Of a stretch of DNA of 64,000 nucleotides, positions 54,999 through 64,000 are shown piece by piece (within the stretch, counting starts at the first letter, position 1; each line of letters begins with the position of its first letter). The notes beneath the pieces were generated by a model. It made no database searches and was not told where the DNA came from. It saw only the letters and a list, made by a program, of their open reading frames with translations. Origin of the DNA: an uncultured Nitrososphaeraceae archaeon (GTDB taxonomy: Archaea; Thermoproteota; Nitrososphaeria; Nitrososphaerales; Nitrososphaeraceae); contig CAWGVG010000060.1 in NCBI GenBank assembly GCA_963825865.1, positions 1 through 64,000 of the forward strand. Direction: 5' to 3'. The position numbers were made by a program, and so were the translations under genes.

Positions 54999-56339
54999 TC
55001 AAGACAAAATTCCAGAATCCACTATCGAGGCAGTAGCAGAAAGCAACTTCTCAACATCTTCTTCATCATGAGAGTCAGAAAAAGCACCCATCTTTAAGGG
55101 CAAAAAGAATATTTCATTCTTGGCCATAAGTGCCATATGGTATTTTCTGAGTAGTTCTTTATTTGATCTCTCGACATCCGTGGCATTTGTGACCTTGTTA
55201 ACAGCGTCATTGAGGAAATGAGTTAGGAAAAGAGATCCAACGCCCGTTACTTCAACATCAATTTTAGCTTCTGAAAATAGCTTGGAAAGGCCCTTTCTAG
55301 CATTATCGCCAAGTTTGTCAATCTTTGAATAAATAGTGTTCTTGTTTTCATTAAGATAGTCTAGAGTAGCAAGACCTGCCGTCATGGTAATTGGGTTTGC
55401 AGAAAACGTACCTCCTCCTATCGCACAGCGTGATTCCTTTTCTTTTCTTAAAACTGGATTAGCGAGAGACATTAATTCCTTATCGCCACAAACAACACCA
55501 ATCGGCATTCCTCCGCCTACAATCTTACCTATCGTAAACAGGTCAGGTTCAAGCTTGTACAATGTCGTCGCTCCTTGAAGCGATAACCTGAATCCTGTGA
55601 CAATTTCATCTAATATGAACAAACTACCGTTTCTTTTTGCAAATTCTTGCAGGCCCTGTAGATAGCCTTTAACAGGTGTAATACATCCAGCGGTTCCGAG
55701 AAGAGGCTCAATAATAATACATGCCAAATCATCTTTGATAGAGTCTAGTACTTTGAGAGATCTATCAAGATCATTGAATAATATAGATTCTACGAATTGC
55801 TCTTCATCCTGAATAAGGCCTGACCCCTCGTCAACTTCATAAGGATAATTTACTGTTTGCATTAATGTTGTATTGAATCCGTGCCATCCTCCCATCACTT
55901 TGGCAATAACCCTTCTCCCAGTTTTTGCTCTTGCCATACGGACAGCATACATTGTTGCCTCCGTGCCTGTATTGGAAAAGCGCATACTCTCTGCTCTAGG
56001 CATAAGTTTTTGGATTGTTTCGCCAAGTTTAACGCTGATATCATTTGCAGTACCATATAATGTTCCATTTTCAATTTGCTCAGAAAGAACTTTGACAACC
56101 GGCATTGGAGAATGACCAAGAATGAGCGCCCAATGTCCCATCCAAAAATCGGTATATCTGTTACCATCGACGTCATAGAGGTATCTGCCTTTAGCAGCTT
56201 TCGTGAAGAATGGATATGGTTCAAAAAAGCGGATATTGTGGTTAACTCCACCTGGAAATACCTTCGAAGATCTTGAATAGAGGTGTTTCGATTTGGAAGT
56301 TTTATTTTCATAAATCCTCTGATAGTCAGTAAATTGCAT
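54999..56339 (-). CDS. hemL: Glutamate-1-semialdehyde 2,1-aminomutase (class III aminotransferase)
   Basis: PGGVN, NTGTEATM, DEIVTGFR, GKIVGGGMPIG and GGTFSANP. Confidence 0.88.
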   Translation of the reverse strand: MQFTDYQRIYENKTSKSKHLYSRSSKVFPGGVNHNIRFFEPYPFFTKAAKGRYLYDVDGNRYTDFWMGHWALILGHSPMPVVKVLSEQIENGTLYGTANDISVKLGETIQKLMPRAESMRFSNTGTEATMYAVRMARAKTGRRVIAKVMGGWHGFNTTLMQTVNYPYEVDEGSGLIQDEEQFVESILFNDLDRSLKVLDSIKDDLACIIIEPLLGTAGCITPVKGYLQGLQEFAKRNGSLFILDEIVTGFRLSLQGATTLYKLEPDLFTIGKIVGGGMPIGVVCGDKELMSLANPVLRKEKESRCAIGGGTFSANPITMTAGLATLDYLNENKNTIYSKIDKLGDNARKGLSKLFSEAKIDVEVTGVGSLFLTHFLNDAVNKVTNATDVERSNKELLRKYHMALMAKNEIFFLPLKMGAFSDSHDEEDVEKLLSATASIVDSGILS

Positions 56340-56531
56340 CGGCCAACTGAAATTTAAATTGTGATTCTTTTATTTGTTTGTAACAACTTACAGAATGTTT
56401 CTACAAATATCCGACAAAGAGTTTATTAGCAAGGTAATTGTCGTTGTTTATAGTAATACTTAATTAAAATAATAGGAATGTGCTCCCCTTATAGACAGCT
56501 TATTCTGAGGGAACATGCTTCATCTTAGAGG

Positions 56532-56546
56532 GAGAAGATTTATATT
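56532..56546 (+). promoter_or_regulatory. Candidate BRE/TATA promoter of the rRNA operon
   Basis: Purine-rich gagaaga followed by tttatatt, about 215 bp upstream of the 16S start. Confidence 0.45.
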
Positions 56547-56757
56547 GTAATTTTGTTCCAGATATTTAGAACGTAACAAGCAAGGCGGCGTCGATGATGA
56601 TTTTGGTCTTGGTGCCATCTCATGATTCATTGACCTCCAGTTGCGCTCATAATATGGAGATTCGATCAAACAAATTGGATCTGACATTGGTCACACGACC
56701 CGCACAATAACAAGTTGTCCGGCCGTACTCTTTAATATAATATAATCAAAAGGATTG

Positions 56758-58226
<1,469 letters not shown>

Positions 58227-58520
58227 TTGAAACGAGGCCGGACAACTATGTGTAAAGGGTCATGTGATCAAGAATCTATAAAAGGTAAAATGCAATTCCT
58301 CGTTATTGAAACAGGAATGAAGGACGTAGTAAACGAAGTTTACGATGACCGTCGTGCATAGGATCAATCAACATAACGCCACAATTTGATAAGTTATATA
58401 TATAATTTATCAATAACGACAGAAGCGTATATGTGGTAATACAATAAATTATCTTTACCTGTGTTTGCGTAAAGATTTAGGGCTTCGTAGATGTAACTGT
58501 ATACACGAGAAACTGGTGCA

Positions 58521-61495
<2,975 letters not shown>

Positions 61496-61773
61496 AAAAT
61501 AAGTGTGTCTTCAAAACTGAAACTCTAAATACGTAAAGAATGCTGGTTAGATTATTTATTTGAAACGATTGATCCTTTGCATGGCGGTCAACAAAATTTT
61601 TTTGCTTCTTCGAAAAAAGACAGATAGTATGAACATTGTTCTGGTGTTTTAGAAGATTTTATAATTCTCAACCTTCATACCATAATATTTAATGGAGAAT
61701 GGCTAAGATAATTTAATTCATGCATAACGAACTAATATATTAAACCTAAGAAATTTTTATATCATTCATATTT

Positions 61774-62776
61774 ATGTCAGTAATTGTATGCCTTTCACAT
61801 AAAGAGGATGTTGACGGCGTATCCTCTGCTGCCATTGATCAAAGCAGCGTTTAGGTCTAAGTCAGTGATTCTTGTCGATTATGCAAACGTTATTGCTAAT
61901 CTGGAGGAATTGGCTGCTATATCTTCTGCACCTAAAAATAGAATTCAAAGAATTTTTATTTGTGATTTGGGCCTTAGCAAAAAGAATGAACAAAAATTCA
62001 TAGATATTGTTGGGAAGATTATTTCAAACGGAACTAAAGTAACATATATTGATCACCATGATCTAGACAGCGAGACTTCAAGTTCTTTGGTTAAAATTGG
62101 TGTATTACTTATTCATACAGTTGAAGAATGTACGTCTGTACAAGTATATAATGAATTCAAAAATAAATTTAAGTTCGAATCGCATGCTCCATTTGTCGCT
62201 CCAGCGGGAGCACTTACTGATTATATGGAAACCAAGCCTCTAGCGTCCTCTATTGTATCTAGGTTCGACAAGCAATTTTTGATGCTAGAGGCAACGGCAC
62301 TTTCGTACATGATATCTGCTAGCCAGCGTGATAATCAATTTCTTATCAAAATAGTTAATACACTTTCAAAGATGAAATATCCTCATGAAATAAAGGGTGG
62401 ATTTTCGATAGCTGAAAAATATGCCAAAAAAGTTTCAGAAGCTGTAAAAATAATTGAGAAATCTATAGTTAAAATCGATAATCTAGCGTATGTTCAGAGT
62501 ACACTAGAATTATCCGCCAGCATGATTGTTAATTTTGTGCTGGGAATATCGGAAAAACCTGTAGCGATGGTATATAAATTAAAAAATAATGTAAATTCCT
62601 ATGTTATTTCTATCCGAGCCTCACGGGACTGTAAATTGCATGTCGGGAGACTGGTAAATGATATTGCATCAGAGATAGGTGGGAGTGGTGGAGGACATGA
62701 CAAAGCATGCGGTGCAGTGATTCCTAAAGATAAACTACTACAGTTCATACAATTATTAGATAAAAGAATTGGATGA
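61774..62776 (+). CDS. DHH/DHHA1 family phosphoesterase
   Basis: Corrected N-terminus MSVIVCLSHKEDVDGVSSA (1-nt shift near 61832), then CDLG, IDHH, SIR and GGSGGGHDKACGA. Confidence 0.9.
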
Positions 62777-63134
62777 GATAACGAAAACAAATAAGAAAAA
62801 TAAGAGCCTAATTATTATGAATAAAAATTTTGGGAAATGCTCCTAATTGTAGCTGTATATTCTTTCTTGTAAAGAAGGGCAGAAAATTATCTATTATCTC
62901 TATTTAACCCAAATAATTAGGATCTGACTTTACAGATCTGCAATCATTTTAATATCTCCTTTTCTTTCCTTTATCAGAGATAGCATTTATTGAAAATCTA
63001 TTCCATTGCATTCTCGACAACTAAACGTTAAAAATACTCCTGAACGCGAAATAGAAAACAAATTATGAATCAATTTCGACGATTTCATATTGTTAATAAA
63101 GACAAGAAGAAATTAAATTTATTAGTGACAATTA

Positions 63135-63536
63135 TCAATCTTTATTCACCTCTTCTATAATAGAATCAAGGTCATATTTTGTAAGCCCTATCCCCGATTT
63201 TGCGTCTCGTCTAGATATTATTTGGTTACCGTCTTCCTTACTACCACCAAAAGCAATAAGTGTAGGAACTGCATTTATAGAAAACTTGTCCCATAACGGG
63301 TTTTCATCTTCATTTAACTTGCAAGCGTATAGTTTCAATGTAGAAGATTTCTCGTTCAGTTGTACATAGCGTTGTTCAAAAAGGGGTTTGAATCTTTGAC
63401 AAAAAGGACACCAATCTGCATAAAACATTACTAGCGTCTTTTGTTTTAATGAGACCGATTTGTCAAATTGGCTTGGTTCAAGATGTTTCATGATTACCAC
63501 TGGTTCTATGTCTTTCCACTTTATTATGAATTCCAC
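63135..63536 (-). CDS. Thioredoxin family protein
   Basis: FYADWCPFC and AVPTL. Confidence 0.92.
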   Translation of the reverse strand: MEFIIKWKDIEPVVIMKHLEPSQFDKSVSLKQKTLVMFYADWCPFCQRFKPLFEQRYVQLNEKSSTLKLYACKLNEDENPLWDKFSINAVPTLIAFGGSKEDGNQIISRRDAKSGIGLTKYDLDSIIEEVNKD

Positions 63537-63642
63537 TAATCAAAGATTTGGTGTTCCAACAATAATCGAAGAATTATTATGCCACAGAATACAACGGTCG
63601 AGTTGACTATATGTCATTATTCCACGTTTGGAAACTAATTTG

Positions 63643-64000
63643 TTATTTAGTTTCTTTGTTCTGCATTGTATCAAAGGGCATAATTTCATTTACGTCTATA
63701 ATGATGGTACTGGTGTTTGGTAGTATTACTCTATAGTCTGAAGGGTTAAGTAGCAATATGTTAGTAATTTTAGTACTGTTTGTTTTATCACCTAAGCTAT
63801 TGTGTGTTGATCCGATGTCAGTATGATACATGCATAAGTAGCCGGGTTTAGACAATTCCTTAATTGGCTCCAGTTTAACTTGCTTAATGTCCGATGTATG
63901 TCCTATAAACAATTGTAAAGTAGATGAAAAGTTTCCATTACATGGGATCTTTGCAGCTATATGGGCATTCGTTATTTTGTATAGTGTGGTATCGTAAAGA
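63643..64000 (-). CDS. Conserved thaumarchaeal hypothetical protein, 5'-partial
   Basis: The frame is open to the window end: LYDTTLYKITNAHIAAKIPC...KELSKPGYLCMYH. Confidence 0.7.
   Translation of the reverse strand, partial: LYDTTLYKITNAHIAAKIPCNGNFSSTLQLFIGHTSDIKQVKLEPIKELSKPGYLCMYHTDIGSTHNSLGDKTNSTKITNILLLNPSDYRVILPNTSTIIIDVNEIMPFDTMQNKETK

Noticed and set aside
58227-58520. tRNA-Ala in the ITS and 5S rRNA after the 23S
   Set aside because: No cloverleaf or 5S-like sequence seen; their absence is normal for this phylum.

Overview
AT-rich archaeal chromosomal window, almost certainly from a soil-type ammonia-oxidising archaeon (Nitrososphaerota, Nitrososphaeraceae-like). The evidence is the 16S-23S rRNA operon (56758-~61495; no ITS tRNA, no linked 5S) and the gene families present. 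It holds a dispersed molybdenum-cofactor island (moaA, moaD, moaE, moaC-moaB fusion, moeA, two MOSC copies, tatC, a 5-TM sulfite-oxidase-family enzyme, rhodanese) and, 15 kb away, a WtpABC/ModABC transporter. It also has a NiCoT-NikR pair with a clear candidate operator, an orphan solute-binding protein next to an output-less Cache receptor, two phasin-like paralogs, many Zn-finger microproteins, several secreted proteins, hemL, a DHH phosphoesterase and a thioredoxin. Two kinds of damage coexist. Many single-base frameshifts in otherwise intact genes look like long-read indel errors, whereas several genes are truly decayed (internal deletions, stops, lost ligands). No CRISPR array, tRNA, integrase or transposase was recognised. 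All family calls come from motif recognition by eye; no searches were run.
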